DNA of 63,313 nucleotides, counting the filler, from Intoshia linei (taxonomy: Eukaryota > Animalia > Orthonectida), in the NCBI GenBank assembly GCA_001642005.1. It is 6 parts of 6 records of this genome, joined end to end, with 100 filler letters (N's around TTAATTAATTAA, not from the genome) between each part and the next. Parts side by side here need not be neighbours in the genome. Positions count along the whole stretch, not along the records: positions 9,658 to 28,544 come from LWCA01000763.1; positions 28,645 to 41,792 come from LWCA01001026.1; 4 more parts are not named here. One strand, written 5' to 3'. How positions within the stretch are numbered: position 1 is the first letter of the stretch; the number at the start of each line of letters is the position of its first letter. The translations under genes were made by a program, and so were the position numbers. Below the pieces are notes generated by a model, which was not told the DNA's origin, made no database searches, and saw only the letters and a program-made list of their open reading frames with translations. Of the stretch, positions 25,401 through 39,449 are shown piece after piece.

Positions 25401-26847
25401 TCTACATTTTCAATTAAATTAATGGTATACACTTGTTTTTTTAGTCTTTTTTTGAAATATATTTATATGTATTTTATTTTTAATACATTTTGGATATATC
25501 TAATTATCTAATTGATTGTTACTAGGAAAAATATCCAAAAAGTTTTTGTGAGTGCTATATAGCTGAACAAAACATGGTTGGAGTTGGGGTTGGCGCTGCA
25601 TGCCGAGGTAGAGCTGTAACATTTACAAGCACTTTTGCAGCCTTTTTCTCTAGAACGTTTGATCATATTAGAATGTCGGCTATATCTCAAAGCAATGCCA
25701 ATTTTGTAGGATCTCATTGTGGTGTGTCAATAGGTAGGTTTAAAAATAATAAATTATTAATATATAAGCTTCCGGTGTTAAGGGTTCATGTCTTCACGTT
25801 CTATTGTTTATATTTAAAAAAATTGAATCACAAATTTTTTCTAATTTAGTCACAATTTTTTAAATTGAGAACCACTATTAGAATAGAAAAATGTAAATTT
25901 TTAATTTAGGGGGACTATTTATCGAAATAAAAAATATTTCAGGATTTTAAATATTTTGCCGTATGTTTATATCGTATATTAATATACTTGTAATGTGTAG
26001 AATAGAATTCATTATGTTCTTTATATACGATTTTTTAATTGTAATTCGTGTATAAAAATTATACTTGGATTCGAGAAGAGCTGCACAATGTACATATTTC
26101 AGTTTTTTGTTATATTTTCCATCGTAAAAATCAAAATAGCATACAATGACAATTTAATAACACGTATTTATGTTCAGGTGAAGACGGACCATCGCAAATG
26201 GGACTAGAAGATATTGCATTATTTCGAACCATTCCAAATTGCGTAGTATTTTATCCAAGTGATGCGGTCTCAACGTTTGCAGCAATGGAATTGTCTACAA
26301 AGCAAAATTCAATCTGTTTTATCCGAACCAGTCGTCCAAAATTTAAAGTTTTATATGATAATGATGAAAAATTTGAAATTGGAAAATCTAAGGTTTCATT
26401 TTTAAACACTTAAATTGATATCTAATTATAGATTTTGACTGAAAATGAAAACTCAAAATGCCTTTTGATTGGAGGCGGTGTTACTCTTCATGAATGTATC
26501 AAAGCTTCCAAAATATTGAAAGAAAAGGGCGTAGATGTTTCGGTTTTAGATGTTTTTACTGTTAAACCATTGGATCGAACTGGGATTAAAAAAATTGCCT
26601 TACAATCAAGTGGAAATATTATAGTTGTTGAAGACCATTATTATGAAGGTACATAATGAGTATATTGTTATATTTTTATTTAGGTGGTATTGGTGAGGCG
26701 ATTTGTTCTGAATTTTCAACTGAAAGGGGCATTAGTATATATAAACTCGCCATTTCAGAAATACCTCATAGTGGAAAACCGGACGAATTGTTGAAATATT
26801 ATAAGATTGATTCTCAAGCCATTGTTGAAAAAGTATTAAACTTATAA
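22472..26847 (+). CDS. TKT: Transketolase (animal type), 10 exons
   Basis: [115 protein letters not shown]. Confidence 0.98.
23544..23960 (+). mobile_element. hAT-type MITE with internal ~30-bp tandem units, in TKT intron 2
   Basis: TAGTGGTTCC...GGAACCACTG termini; 8-bp flanks ATCTAATG/ATGTAATA. Related pieces at 13095, ~48630-49227, ~52870-53436. Confidence 0.8.
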
Positions 26848-27059
26848 ATCAATACATTTATTTTTTGGATAGCTCCGAGTTACCGTCTGAATAATACTAA
26901 TAATAACACTTATATTTTCCGATTTATTTCTACTAGCTTGATTTTTTTCTAGTTAGTTCATAGTATTCATAAAGTAGCTAATTCTGCGAGTGGGGATGTT
27001 TCAGATATACTTTTTATGTATTATGTATATTTTTACTATTATTTATATCCACTAGAATA

Positions 27060-27603
27060 ATCTCTATCAGAATAATGTTTTTTCTAAATTTTCTGACCGT
27101 TAATTATTTCACATCTTTTGTTTTAATAAAATATTTCTAAAAAAAATATATGAATACTACAATGTTTTTTTGACCGTGAAGTCGTCACTTATTCAAATTG
27201 AAATTTTTTTTGTGTTAACAGGATACAACTGTACCACCTGTAATTTTTTTAAATTATAGGGCTGTTTTAATTAAAAAAAAAGGGTAATTTGGGGTTTTGG
27301 CTCTGAAGATATAATTTTTTTTAATTTAAATTTATGCTACTGTTTATGATTTTAAAATGCGTATCAGCGTATAGATTTTTTTAAATTCTTCAACTCGTTT
27401 GATTTTCAAAAAGAGGGACAACTGGAGTTTTTGACCCGTAAGATGTGAAATTGGAAGATTCAAATTTATCTTATTATACGTCCCGGAAAAAACTGTAATT
27501 GAAATGTGGTGTTTTAACAAATTCTAAGAGTGGTAGTTTTTTCAATAAAGTGGACACACACAAACAAAAATTGCGTAGCCTTTTATATTATAATATATAG
27601 GGT
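27060..27603 (-). mobile_element. Helitron-like element (5' end at ~27603)
   Basis: Closely similar to 14500-14880 and 38765-39072; ends in the GCTACGCAA..GTTTGTGTGT 5' motif. Confidence 0.75.
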
Positions 27604-28644
27604 TTTACGATCTCGATTGACTGTTATTCAATCTCTATTGACGAGTTGAAATAATTATGTTGCAATTAATTATTTCTTTTAAAGGTCGATGATGATGATT
27701 AGTCGAGTCATTTACAAAAATTACAAATTTTATTAATTTATAATTATATTATTATATTATATTATTTTTAGTAACAAACAGCACCTAGCTCTGCTGAGAG
27801 CAGACTTTTTATTCTACCAAAACATAAGTTTCGAAATAAAAAAATGAATATTTCAGTGCACTTTTGACCCTGAAGACATCAGATTTATCATATTAAATTA
27901 TTTAAGTATATCAACTGCAATTATTTTAAAAATTCTATTACTATTTTCTTAATGTTTAATTAAACATTAATAATAAAGTTGTTTACAAAATAACATCACG
28001 TGTGGATAATTGATTATAATTAGGGCGATTTTTTTTTAACCTATAAAAACAAAAAAATTTAACTTACAAATTAAATTTATTTAATTTTATTAACTTTTGG
28101 AAAAAAAATTCACGTAGTGCTCTTTTTTTCGTTAAACTTTTTTCTAAACAGTGATGAAATCTCTTATTTGCCATAATAATAATATTTCTGGGGCCTTGTC
28201 AGCTCTAGCACCGTTATATAAATTTTAAAACATAATTGTATTGCCATTATTAGATAGTTGTTGTAGAACAAGCAGCGTTGTCTTATATCCGTAAATATCT
28301 AATTCATGGTTTTTAGCCTTTTTTAAATTTAGTATTCGTTAGTCATATCCACTATTTCTAATACACCTGTAAAAAATAGAAAAATGGTCCACTAGATGCA
28401 AAAGGTTTCCGATCCCTAATTTAAGTCTTAATAAAGATGTATAAAAAGTGTATTATTTGTTGTAGTACAAAATCAAATATTTTTTAAAATTATTTTTTAA
28501 AAAGTTTCTTTGTTTTGTTTTGTTTAATTATTTTTAATTGTATCNNNNNNNNNNNNNNNNNNNNNNNNNNNNNNNNNNNNNNNNNNNNTTAATTAATTAA
28601 NNNNNNNNNNNNNNNNNNNNNNNNNNNNNNNNNNNNNNNNNNNN

Positions 28645-29137
28645 AACTTAAATAATTAGAATTACATAGCAATGAAAATACAATTGTATTGATATGATTA
28701 CAAGTAGAACTTGAGATTAAATTTAGGGAATGAGTGTATTATAAAAGATCTGCAAATTATGTTATCATTTATTACTAATTAATTACTAATTACAAACAAA
28801 ATCTTATATGATAAGCAATTCCGCGTAGAAATTCACTTATTGTTTTTCTACCAAAATAGAGACTAATAGTAATAATAATAACCAATAATTAACACTTTTT
28901 AACTCTATTTTTCACTACAAAAAATCACATATTGTATATTTTTAATTAGAATTTATAATTGAATAGGAATTTTTTAACTTAGGTCTGTAGTGGATGAATT
29001 CTATAAAATCTAATATAGGTCAAATGTTAAGTGAAATTGCGTTATATCAGTGTAGTTTCGGTATTTCATTGTATTGTATTTTCATTGCTATGTAATTATA
29101 ATTATTTAAGTTGTGCCGTTTTTGTAGATTACCGCTC
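28645..29137. mobile_element. TIR element (MULE-like MITE) cut by the spacer
   Basis: AACTTAAATAATTAGAATTACATAGCAATGAAAATACAAT at 28645 is inverted at ~29073-29112. Confidence 0.7.
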
Positions 29138-29513
29138 CTTCGGTCCAATTTTTTCTAATCTAGAATTATTCACCCTCTTGTCAACAACATTTCCATTATC
29201 TATATAGGCATGTACGACTCTAGATATGGAACTTTTGTGGAATTTTTTAATTTTTAGTTCATTCCTGAGGTCAAATGCAGAAATCTGGGGGTTATTTTTT
29301 ATAATTTGTTAAGGAAAATCGCGACAAGACATTTGAAATTGTAATTATCTGATGAAATTAATTTTTTAAAACACTGTTTTAATATTGTATTTACTAACCC
29401 ATTTTGACTAGTTACTAAATAAATTATTTTAAAATGGTTGCAGAATTAAGTATCCATACGTTAAAAATATATAGTATTGTATGATAGCATTAATAACTTT
29501 TAAATAATATTGC

Positions 29514-32500
29514 CTTTTTTTGCTTTATTAAAAGCATAGAAATATACACCGTTATGATTAGTCCAAACTGCAATTAATCCTCTATTTTCTATGTAAATTA
29601 AAATGAGTTTCAAAAATTTGTACCATATGATTTTATTAGCTTTCCTGGAGGTACAAATCTCGTTATGGGAATTCTAAAAAAGATAATTAATATATAAGTA
29701 AATAAAATATGGGAACATGAGCTATCGGTCAAGCTAGCTATACTGTTTGTAAGATGTGAAACAGACAAGCTACGAGTTGTAGCCCTTAATGACTCTTTTC
29801 TTGAATAAAGTGATTTGCAAAGTGTTAACCAAAAATGTTTGTCTGTTTGTTTGTCTGTTAACATTTATTTAAGAAAACAATAGGCTTAGAGTTTTAAAAA
29901 TATCAATTTCTAATATAATTTTAAACAAACTTGTATTTTCCAGGGTAAGGTTTTATCGCAAATTTAATTCCAGCAATAGAGTCCTCAAGGTCAATAAACC
30001 AAATTATCCTTTTTTTTTAAATATCAAATAAGTCCTATAATTTTTTAAAATATACACTCTGATACAGATTTTAAAATTGTAAACATTATGATAAATTTCA
30101 ATTTCAAAAACTCATATCTTTATGGCCAAAATCCAAAATTATCATTTTTTTAAAAAATTCCTAGAATTTTATACAACATAAATTGTGGGATAGGTTTTAA
30201 AATCATAAACATTATCGTAAATTGCAAACCAAAAAAGTTCATTTTGATGATCTTTTGATCAAAAACCCCAGATTACACTTTTTTTAAAAAATGAAAATAG
30301 TCTTAAAAACTTTAAAAAATAAAAGTTGATACAGTTATATCCAATTAATACACACAAAAATTTTCAATCTAATAAAGTAACGCCTTCACGATCACAAAAG
30401 CACTTTAGTATTCAGTTTTTTTATTTCGAAACAATTTACAAAGTGTTATTTAAAAATGATGTTAACAGTAAATTAAAAGATAATGTGAAATGACGGAACC
30501 GTGGTGAACGGTTGTAAGTATAATATAATTGTTTTTAAGATCATACACTCATTTTCTAATAAATTAAAAAGTCGGCCCTCGGCATAGCTGGCTGCTGTTT
30601 GTACGTAGTACATAACAATCAAGCTAGTTTACAAATAAATGTATCACTTTAAATTTCCATTCAAGTTTGATTTTGGTAAATATTGCATATACTTTTTATA
30701 ATCTTTTTCAAATATGAAATTTCTGTTTTTTAGATGTTGATCTGATAAGATATGATTTGCTCCATGAGGTATTCCATTTGCATTGATATTTGAATCTTTA
30801 TTTTTTATATGATTGTTTATTATGTTGGATGCATTATTTCCTAAATTTTTACGAATTACAGATACTATATATATTATATTACCTTTTAATAAGCCGGGAG
30901 TAGTCAAATTGAAAAGTAATGAAATCTTGGTAAAACTGTAAATTTCCTATAAAAATTATTAGATAGATTTATTACTATTAAAAATTAATTTTAAATTTTT
31001 TTTATATATACAATACAATGTAATAGTATGTGTATTTCATACATACCTCAGTTGTTTGATTTAGTGATTGATCAGTAAAAGGAGAATTTGTATTTCCTAT
31101 TGAATTTTGTCGAATTGATGATGCTTCTTCTAATATAGGTGTATTGGGTTCAGATTCATTCTAAATATGAGATTAATTTACAAATTACATGTAGTAACTG
31201 AATTGTAACAAACGGGAAACATTCAAAAGTTAAAAAACATTGAATTTTTTTTAATTTATACATACATACATTATTTTGATTTCAATTCAGTCATGATTTA
31301 TTTACAATCTACAATTTTCACTTTATGTTTGTTATGTAATGTAATTATATGGCTTTCTGGTTTATTTATACTGGCTATAGTATATATACTGGGGTTTTCA
31401 ACCGGGGAGTTGCGTGAATATAACAATGAAAAACCACTAAGTATTTTTTGGTTTGATATGATTAATTTATATCCGAATGTATTAACGATTGCTTTGAGAT
31501 TGCTACTATCTCTTCCGTCAACTTATCTGTGTGAAGTAGGATTTGATACGCTTGTTCATATAAAAACAGATTGAATGTTAAGGATGATATGAGGCTCGCC
31601 TTATCGCATACACTGCACAGAATATTAATAATTGTAGCTAAAATGCAACCTCAAATTTCACATGAAGAAAATAAATTTAGTGATTATATAATAATACATT
31701 GTACTGAGCAGTGCTCAGTGAGCACAGTATTAAATCTAAATAAAACTGAATATACTTTTTTAATAATTTTATTTATATGAATTGATATGATGTTTAAAGT
31801 ATATAGAAAATTTTTGGGTCGCGAAAATTTTTTATGTTTATAAGGGGTCGCGAACACAAAAAGGTTTATTTATTCTTCGCCGTGTGATCACAATATTTGT
31901 ACTTACGATCAAGATACGTCCGATTTCTGGTGCTACATAGAAATTTTTTATTTCACCCAAAATTTTGAACCGTGCATGATAAAGGTAAACATATACATAA
32001 TTATGTATATCTTTCATATTATCCTAACTTATATAACATGCTACGCGATTTTTGTTTGTGTGTGTACCACTTTATTGGAATAACTAACAGTCTTAGAATT
32101 TTTTAAATACCACATTTCAAATACAGTTTTTTTCGGGACGTATATTAAGATATATTTCAACCTCCCAATTTCACATCTTAAGGGTCAAAAACCTCTGTTG
32201 TCCCTCTTTTTGAAAATTAACCGAGTTGGAGAATTTAAACAAAACAATTATTCTGATAGAACTTATTCCAGTTGATATAAATCCAAAATTTCAACCACAG
32301 AAATCTACGCATTCTTGGTGAAAAATAATTTTTAATATATTATCAACCAATATTTTTCAAATATTTCGATTAAAATAAAAATTGAAAATGTAAATATTGA
32401 TCCTACAATTTCAAAAAAAATGTGCATTGTACGTCTACACATTTCCAATAAAAAAATATGGGTGAAAATCTATATAATTCATTCTTTCGGAATTTTTGTC

Positions 32501-35500
32501 AGTGCTACGCAATTTTTAAATTTCAAATGCTTATTTTCAAAACATTTTTAATAAAATTTAAAAAAGAAACTAAAACAACTTTGTTAATATCATTTTTTTA
32601 TAGTATATTAGACAAATAAAGGAAATACATACACTCTTTAGTATTTCTAATCTAGATTTGACTAAATTCAAATTTGTATCAATTTCTCTGAGCCAATTAA
32701 AGAGAGGTATAGTATAAACCATCAGATAATGGAGATTAGTTTCCATATCTAAAAGATTGCATTTACAAAAATTAAAAAATATGTACATATGTAATGTTAT
32801 CATAACGAACCACTAAATATTTATGTTACTGGTAAATAAAACCAGAAAAACTACAACCTTGAAATAACTGTTATTAACTATTATTAAATTAATAATCTAA
32901 TTAAATTACCTAAATAGGTAACAACTATATTGGATAAATCTTTGGAAATGTCTACATTTGAGACTGTTGACTTGTCGTTATTCTAAAAACTTAATTATGA
33001 TAAAATAATAATTAATAATATTCTGAGAAATATAGTATTTTCAATACATGTAGTTAATAATATTAACTGCTAATATAAACTGTGTATTAGTGAGTGTTTA
33101 TTAATTAAAAATTAAGAGTAGTAGAATTAAAAAAATTTAATTTATAATACAGTGACTCCAGAGAGTTGTTTTATTTCTAATTTCATTTTCAGAAATTGAA
33201 TCCTAGAATTTTATCAAACACAAATTATTTATTCTGGGAGCGTTTTTAAAAACATGATCATGAAAACCTTAAAAATTTGCACCTTTATGATCAAAATCCA
33301 GATTACATTATTTAAAAAATGAAAAGGGTCCAATTTTTTTTAATTCACAGCTAATACAGTCATGTCCAGTTAACGAACACGAAAGATTTCAATCTCATAA
33401 AGTTAGTGATTGTGCCGGGGAAAAAACCGGGACAAAATTCCCGGATTTCCCGAAAAAAATTGAAACATAGATGTATTTGATTTATGTTTGTCATTACTAT
33501 GAAGATATGATTATATTATAATATTTAAAATTTATCATTTCAAAAATCCCACCACTAATAAAATTTAATCAAAAATACCATTTCAAGCCCTCATAGAAAA
33601 ATTGACTTACACCGATATTCTTTTCAAAAATCCGATTTTACGAAATCTTATGAAAAAAATCCACTTCATCAAACCACAAATAAAAAATCTAATTTTCCAG
33701 CCCTTAATGGAAAAATATCCTTTTTCCAATACTTTTTTTAAAAGCCTCTTATTCCAATATTAAATTATAACGCTTAAGGCAATTATCCTCTTTTTCTAAT
33801 ATTATTTTGAAAAATATTATGAGTTGTTACGAACTGGAACGCTATTATCAAGATTGTTAAAATTAAAGGAACCCTTATGACCGTTCAACCTACGTAAACA
33901 CAAAATGAAAGAAATTTCTCTATTGTTTCTAATCTCGTTACAAAACGTAGAACGCGTTTAAAAGACGTTTAAAATTTGTAATTTTCAATCTAAGATTCGT
34001 GTTATTTCATTAATTAAATTTCTTTTTTTTTCTAAAATTAATTAATGTCTCTAAAATTTTTAATGCTTCTATATTATATATGAATAAAATTTTTTTATTT
34101 TTCCCGGGAAATTTAATTTTTAATTTCCCGGTTCTCAACTTTTGTGATTTCCCGGGAAATCACAATCACTACATAAACTGGCAGCTTCATGGTCAAAAAA
34201 TCACTTAGTATTTATTTTTTTTATTCGGTTAATATTTTAATCAATTCAAAGAAAATTCTATAACTAAGTCTTAAAATTAAAAAAAAATTATCCTTATACA
34301 GTTTATTTCAATTAATTTATAGGAAAAATTTGAACCTTAAAAGTCAACGTATTCTCAGTCAAAAATACTTCTATATATTATCAACAAATACTATTTGTCA
34401 AATAGTTTTAAATTAACAAAATTGTAAAATTAAAAATGAAAATGTAAATATTCATCCTAGAATTTCGAAAAAAATGGGAATTGACTGTATACATATTTTA
34501 AATACAGAAATATGGGTTTCACTCTCATAAATTGATTATTTTTGTTTTTTAATCGTTGCTACGCAATTTTTCATTTCTAATAATTACAAATAATCAAAAA
34601 TTTTAGAATCAATTTAAGTATAACTTTGTTATTATATTTGAATGATTTATGGCTACCTGGTAAATATACGTTATTTTGGTAGTAAATACTTTATTTTAGT
34701 AGCTCATACTTTATTACTTATGTTGACTCAACAATGAGCAATTCAATTTTATGTTAAGTGAAGCGGAAAATTTTCCTTTGATATTGTTCAATTCATTACT
34801 ATATATTAATTTTTAATCTTTTTAATTAAAATTAATCTTGCTGAATGAAATTTAGTATTTTGGATTCAAAGGCAAAATATCTCTAGGATGATAAATCTGA
34901 ATTAATAGATGATATATTGTTTTTGCAACTTGCATTTGATAAAGAGAATTTAACTATTAGAAAGAATTTGTTTATTAAAAAATATCAGTTATTTGATAAA
35001 TATTCAATTTTTCTGAATAAATTCATCAATGAACATTGCAAAATTTTCTCAAATTGGTATAAAGGGGTATCGCCTCATAATCCTTCAACTAACAATGCAT
35101 TAGAAAGTACCAATAAAACAATAAAAACAAAGTTTTTTTAAGGGTGAGTGTTGTGATATTGAAAGCAGTTCATTAATAATATCGGGGATATTTTTAGGTA
35201 TTTTCAGGAAAAAAAATTTAATTTTACAGATATCGAATACAACAATCTTGAGTATACTGAAAAACTAATTGACAATTAAAGTGATTGACAATAAAATTAA
35301 CATCATTTCATTTTTCACTTTTATAATAAAGTACGTATTACTAAAATAAAGTATTTGTTACCAAAATAACGTAAATTAACTTCTAACTCAATGATTTATT
35401 TCAATGTTGGTAATACAGTCATTTCTCGTTATTCAGGGGTCAACATCTAGTGGCTCACGGAATAATTTTGGTTGCCTTCGAATAAATATGTACGTTAATT

Positions 35501-36267
35501 TTATTTGAAATGTATCATGTGTAAATTTTCCAAAATGGGCCCGTATAATTTTTTGACGTAAAAAAGTGGCCCGACCCTGCTGTAAATGAATCATAATTAA
35601 AACTTTGAGATTAAATTACATTTAATTTTTATTAATTAATTTAAATTTGGAAAAATGAAAAGTTTGATAAAAATAAATTACCAGATCAATATCTTTGAGA
35701 TAAAATAATTTATCGATTGCATAAATATAAAGATAAATTTTTCCAAAATCATCGAATGCTGAAATGAAAATGTGGAAATTACTCAATTCAATTGCATTAA
35801 TAAATACAATATTGACATCACTCTGATTTGAAGTAAAAATTAAATCATTCGTTTCACAGTTATAGATTGACAGTCCATTGCAAGTTCCACAAATTATTAC
35901 ATTTGACAATGAAAATATGGCTAGACATTTTTCTGGGATCTGCAAATTAACATAAATTATATATATTTTATTAGCGTCATCTTATTCTGGGATTTGAAAA
36001 CCCATGAGCCGAGAAGGTACCAGAATTTGGAATATAAAGTGCATTTTTTATTTTTCATATTAATAATATTTATGATGGATTTACGTCAATTTCAAATGTA
36101 GTATGTCTGGTTGTTTGAGCATATAGTGTACGAGTTTTTTGTACAGTAGATATTTCATTTTCTTGGATTTTTAAGATTGTTGATGAGAGTATTTTATTTA
36201 CAATTTCATCAATCAGCCGATAAGGTTGAGGGAGAACAGGTTTGATAGTGTGTTTTTCTGGTTCCAT
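29514..36267 (-). CDS. WDR93: WD repeat protein WDR93 (CFAP297), 5' portion; 3' end unresolved
   Basis: LPQPYRLIDEIV, GLSIYN, FDDFGKIYLY, YTIPLFNWLREID, GANHILSDQH..IFEKDYKKY and AVWTNHNGVYFYAFNK occur in the same order as in WDR93 (recalled, not searched). Exons near 36085-36267, 35682-35939, 32910-32983, 32632-32751, 31047-31161, 30650-30947, 29624-29672, 29514-29588. Confidence 0.82.
29835..30627 (+). mobile_element. Near-complete Helitron-like element in a WDR93 intron
   Basis: GTCT/GTTT microsatellite head, four subrepeats (GGTCAA-like anchors at ~29989, 30124, 30257, 30390), then GCCCTCGGCATAGCT, hairpin and CTAG|T. Confidence 0.8.
31390..31865 (+). mobile_element. Internally deleted hAT (Buster-type) element
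   Basis: GGGGTTTTCAACC left end; dimerisation-domain remnant FW...YPNV...LPSTYLCEVGF...RLNVKDDMRLALS...QPQISH; GGGGTCGCG subterminal motif. Confidence 0.85.
32022..32555 (+). mobile_element. Helitron-like element, 5' part
   Basis: A|TCCTAACTTATATAACATGCTACG plus microsatellite. Confidence 0.75.
33404..34171 (+). mobile_element. hAT element inserted into a Helitron-like copy (~33200-34590)
   Basis: TIR TAGTGATTGTG/CACAATCACTA; 8-bp TSD CATAAAGT/CATAAACT; TTCCCGG subterminal repeats; ERNFSIVSNLVTKRRTRL transposase tail. Confidence 0.88.
34659..35380 (+). mobile_element. MULE (Mutator-like) deletion derivative
   Basis: ~55-bp imperfect TIRs; internal WYKGVSPHNPSTNNALESTNKTIK, the MULE TNNxxES motif. 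Confidence 0.8.
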
Positions 36268-36640
36268 TTTAAAATTTTATTTTTTGTTTTTAGTTGCAAT
36301 GTTACTATAAACAGAAAAATCTAACAACTTTACACCAAAGATTCTTTGAAAACTTGACGTTATTACCAGCAGTGTACTTTGGTAATTTTAAATGTAAATC
36401 AGGTATGATTTATCGACCCTGAACCTCAAAGATGGACTTAGCCTTAATCTAAGGCTCATGAAAATTTTTTTAATTTGATAAATGAATTGTAGTTCACAAT
36501 ATCTGGTTCATTGTGATTGAATTTAGTCAAAAATTGTGCCGATACATGTTATGCACCAAATTACACGAAACAAAGAATAAAGCTCGATAATAGTTTAATG
36601 TCTTACAGATTAACAAATATTACGTTGTAGTAATATTTTT

Positions 36641-37267
<627 letters not shown>

Positions 37268-38242
37268 AATTTGTGAATATAAAATTGTTTAAACTTTAAA
37301 CAAATAATATATAGTAGTCAATGGCTAAATGATTAGAATTAAATTTAAATTTTAGGTGAATACTTGAACAAATCGAATAAATTTTAGAAATTGTAGCAAA
37401 TTCAATATTTATTATCTTCTAAAACTAGAAATTTAACTATATCGTCACAAATTACAATTCAATCTTGCTCTATTTTAGATATTGACATATTTTAGTATTT
37501 ATTGCTAAGTTAAGAGTTTAACCTTTATTAAAATTTTGCAAATTTACGTTTATTTATATATTTTTGTACGACTTGGATTTTAGATCAGCAAATGTAGTTT
37601 AATAATGTGTAATGCTCGTTTATTTTATCTTGTGCGTTTAATTTTAACCCAATTTGATTCAATATGTAAGTTATTTACTGGATATTCATCCAACTGCTAA
37701 TTAGTTTAAGGAATGATTTTATTTTACATTACTAGAACTATTTATTATATTGTAGCTTGTTTGATTACTATTTTTACGTTTGATGTATTAGTAATGTTTG
37801 AACAAACTGTTGGAATTATGAGTCAATACTCCAATCACAAGCTAAATCAATAGTTTGTATTCTTGGTCAACCCAATTGACAATAGACTAAAATTGACATT
37901 GACGAGAATTGCAAATTATTTTATTTACTAACCACAATCACTCGCTATTTTTATAATCCCATTTTCAGTTAGGTTATCCATTTCTCTCATTCTTTAATAC
38001 ATTTATAAAATAAAATAAGTGGAAATAATTAAAAGGTAATGAGAAATGACGGGTCCATGGTGAAACAAGTTTAGGAACCACTCCTTTAAACAATTGATAA
38101 TAGTGAATGTAATATGTAGATTTTAATATTGAATTTATTTTTTTGGTAGAATTAAAGAAGTCCGCCCTCGGCAGAGCTAGGATGATGTTTCTACAAAGTA
38201 TATAACATCCAAGATATAGTAAGTTGGATGGTAAATTAAGTA

Positions 38243-38304
38243 TTTATGAAATACGGAGTGCTTCATAAAGATTTAAGTATCGATGAATCCATGGTGCCAT
38301 ATTT
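38243..38304 (+). mobile_element. piggyBac transposase fragment
   Basis: FMKYGVLHKDLSIDESMVPY, the first catalytic-Asp motif. Confidence 0.7.
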
Positions 38305-38307
38305 GTA

Positions 38308-38658
38308 AGTGAATCTTTTGGTATGGACATTATATTGAAGTTTTCATTGAGATGTGCCCAATAAAATTGGGTGACAAGTTTCGCCTTATACTTTCAACGA
38401 CTATGGGTGACCATGACTTTGCTAACGATGGAGAATATGACCCTAGTCAACCACAGGGTATGCGATCTATTTATTATGCTCGGAAAGGTTTTTCGAATTG
38501 AAATGAATTTTGAACAAAATCTTGGAAATAGACTTGTGGTCCATGTGTTGTCTGGTTTATATCTTTTATTAAAACTTCAAGGTGACGCATCCAATTTACA
38601 AAACTTTAAAAATCATGATTGTTTACATTTCTATCAAAAAATTATTAAAATTATATAA
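38308..38658 (+). pseudogene. POLR2H: RPB8/POLR2H-like, 5'-truncated and frameshifted
   Basis: SESFGMDIIL[fs]EVFIEMCPIKLGDKFRLILSTT..DGEYDP[fs]..MLGKVFRIE...LLLKLQGDASNLQNF follows RPB8 motifs in order. Confidence 0.8.
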
Positions 38659-39070
38659 TATATATATTTAAATTATACCAAAATTTAATTGTAAATAAAT
38701 CAATATTTATATTTTTCATCGTGACTTGCATTTGCTTCTATTCTTACAACGTGGCAGTATCCGTAAAAAAAAGGGTAATTTGTGGTTTTGGCCCTGAAGA
38801 AATAATTTTTTCAAATTTAAATTTATTATAATGTTTATGATTTTAAAATCTGTATATATTTTTTTAAATTTTCCAACTCGTTTGATTTTCAAAAGACAAA
38901 GGACAATTAGAGTTTTTGACCCGTAAGATGTGAGTTTGGGAGGTTGAAATTTATCTTATATGTCCCGGAAAAAACTGTAATTGAAATGTGGACTTTATAA
39001 AATTCTAAGATTGGTAGTTATTGAAATAAAGTGGAACACACAAACAAATATTGCGTAGCATATTATATTA

Positions 39071-39389
39071 GGGCTTGTATTTATAGCGTCAATATTTTAA
39101 TCAATAAAGTGTCAGTATTTTAAATAGTTTGTCAGTCAAAATATTAAATTATCATTTGATATAATAAATTGTCAGTATTTAAATTAGAAGGACAGTAAAA
39201 AAAATTATTTTTTCAGTACTTTAAATATACTGTCAGTATATCCTTGACTATACAGTATATATTGACAAATATGTAATTGAATACTGACAAAATAATTTTA
39301 TTACTGACATTTTAATATTTATACTGAAAATTTTTTATTAAAATACTGACAATTTCGGTAATTAAATACTGATAAATAAAATACTTCCC
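39071..39389. mobile_element. Foldback-like MITE
   Basis: Left half has tandem GTCAGTA units and right half their inverse TACTGAC; GGG...CCC ends. Confidence 0.7.
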
Positions 39390-39449
39390 TTTTATAAGTA
39401 ACGATTTACTTATTTATATTCAAATTGAATAATTCCATAACATAATATA

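Noticed and set aside
36290-36312. RFX X-box-like motifs upstream of WDR93 (and near TTC21B, SYF2)
   Set aside because: Matches too degenerate to distinguish from chance without a PWM scan.
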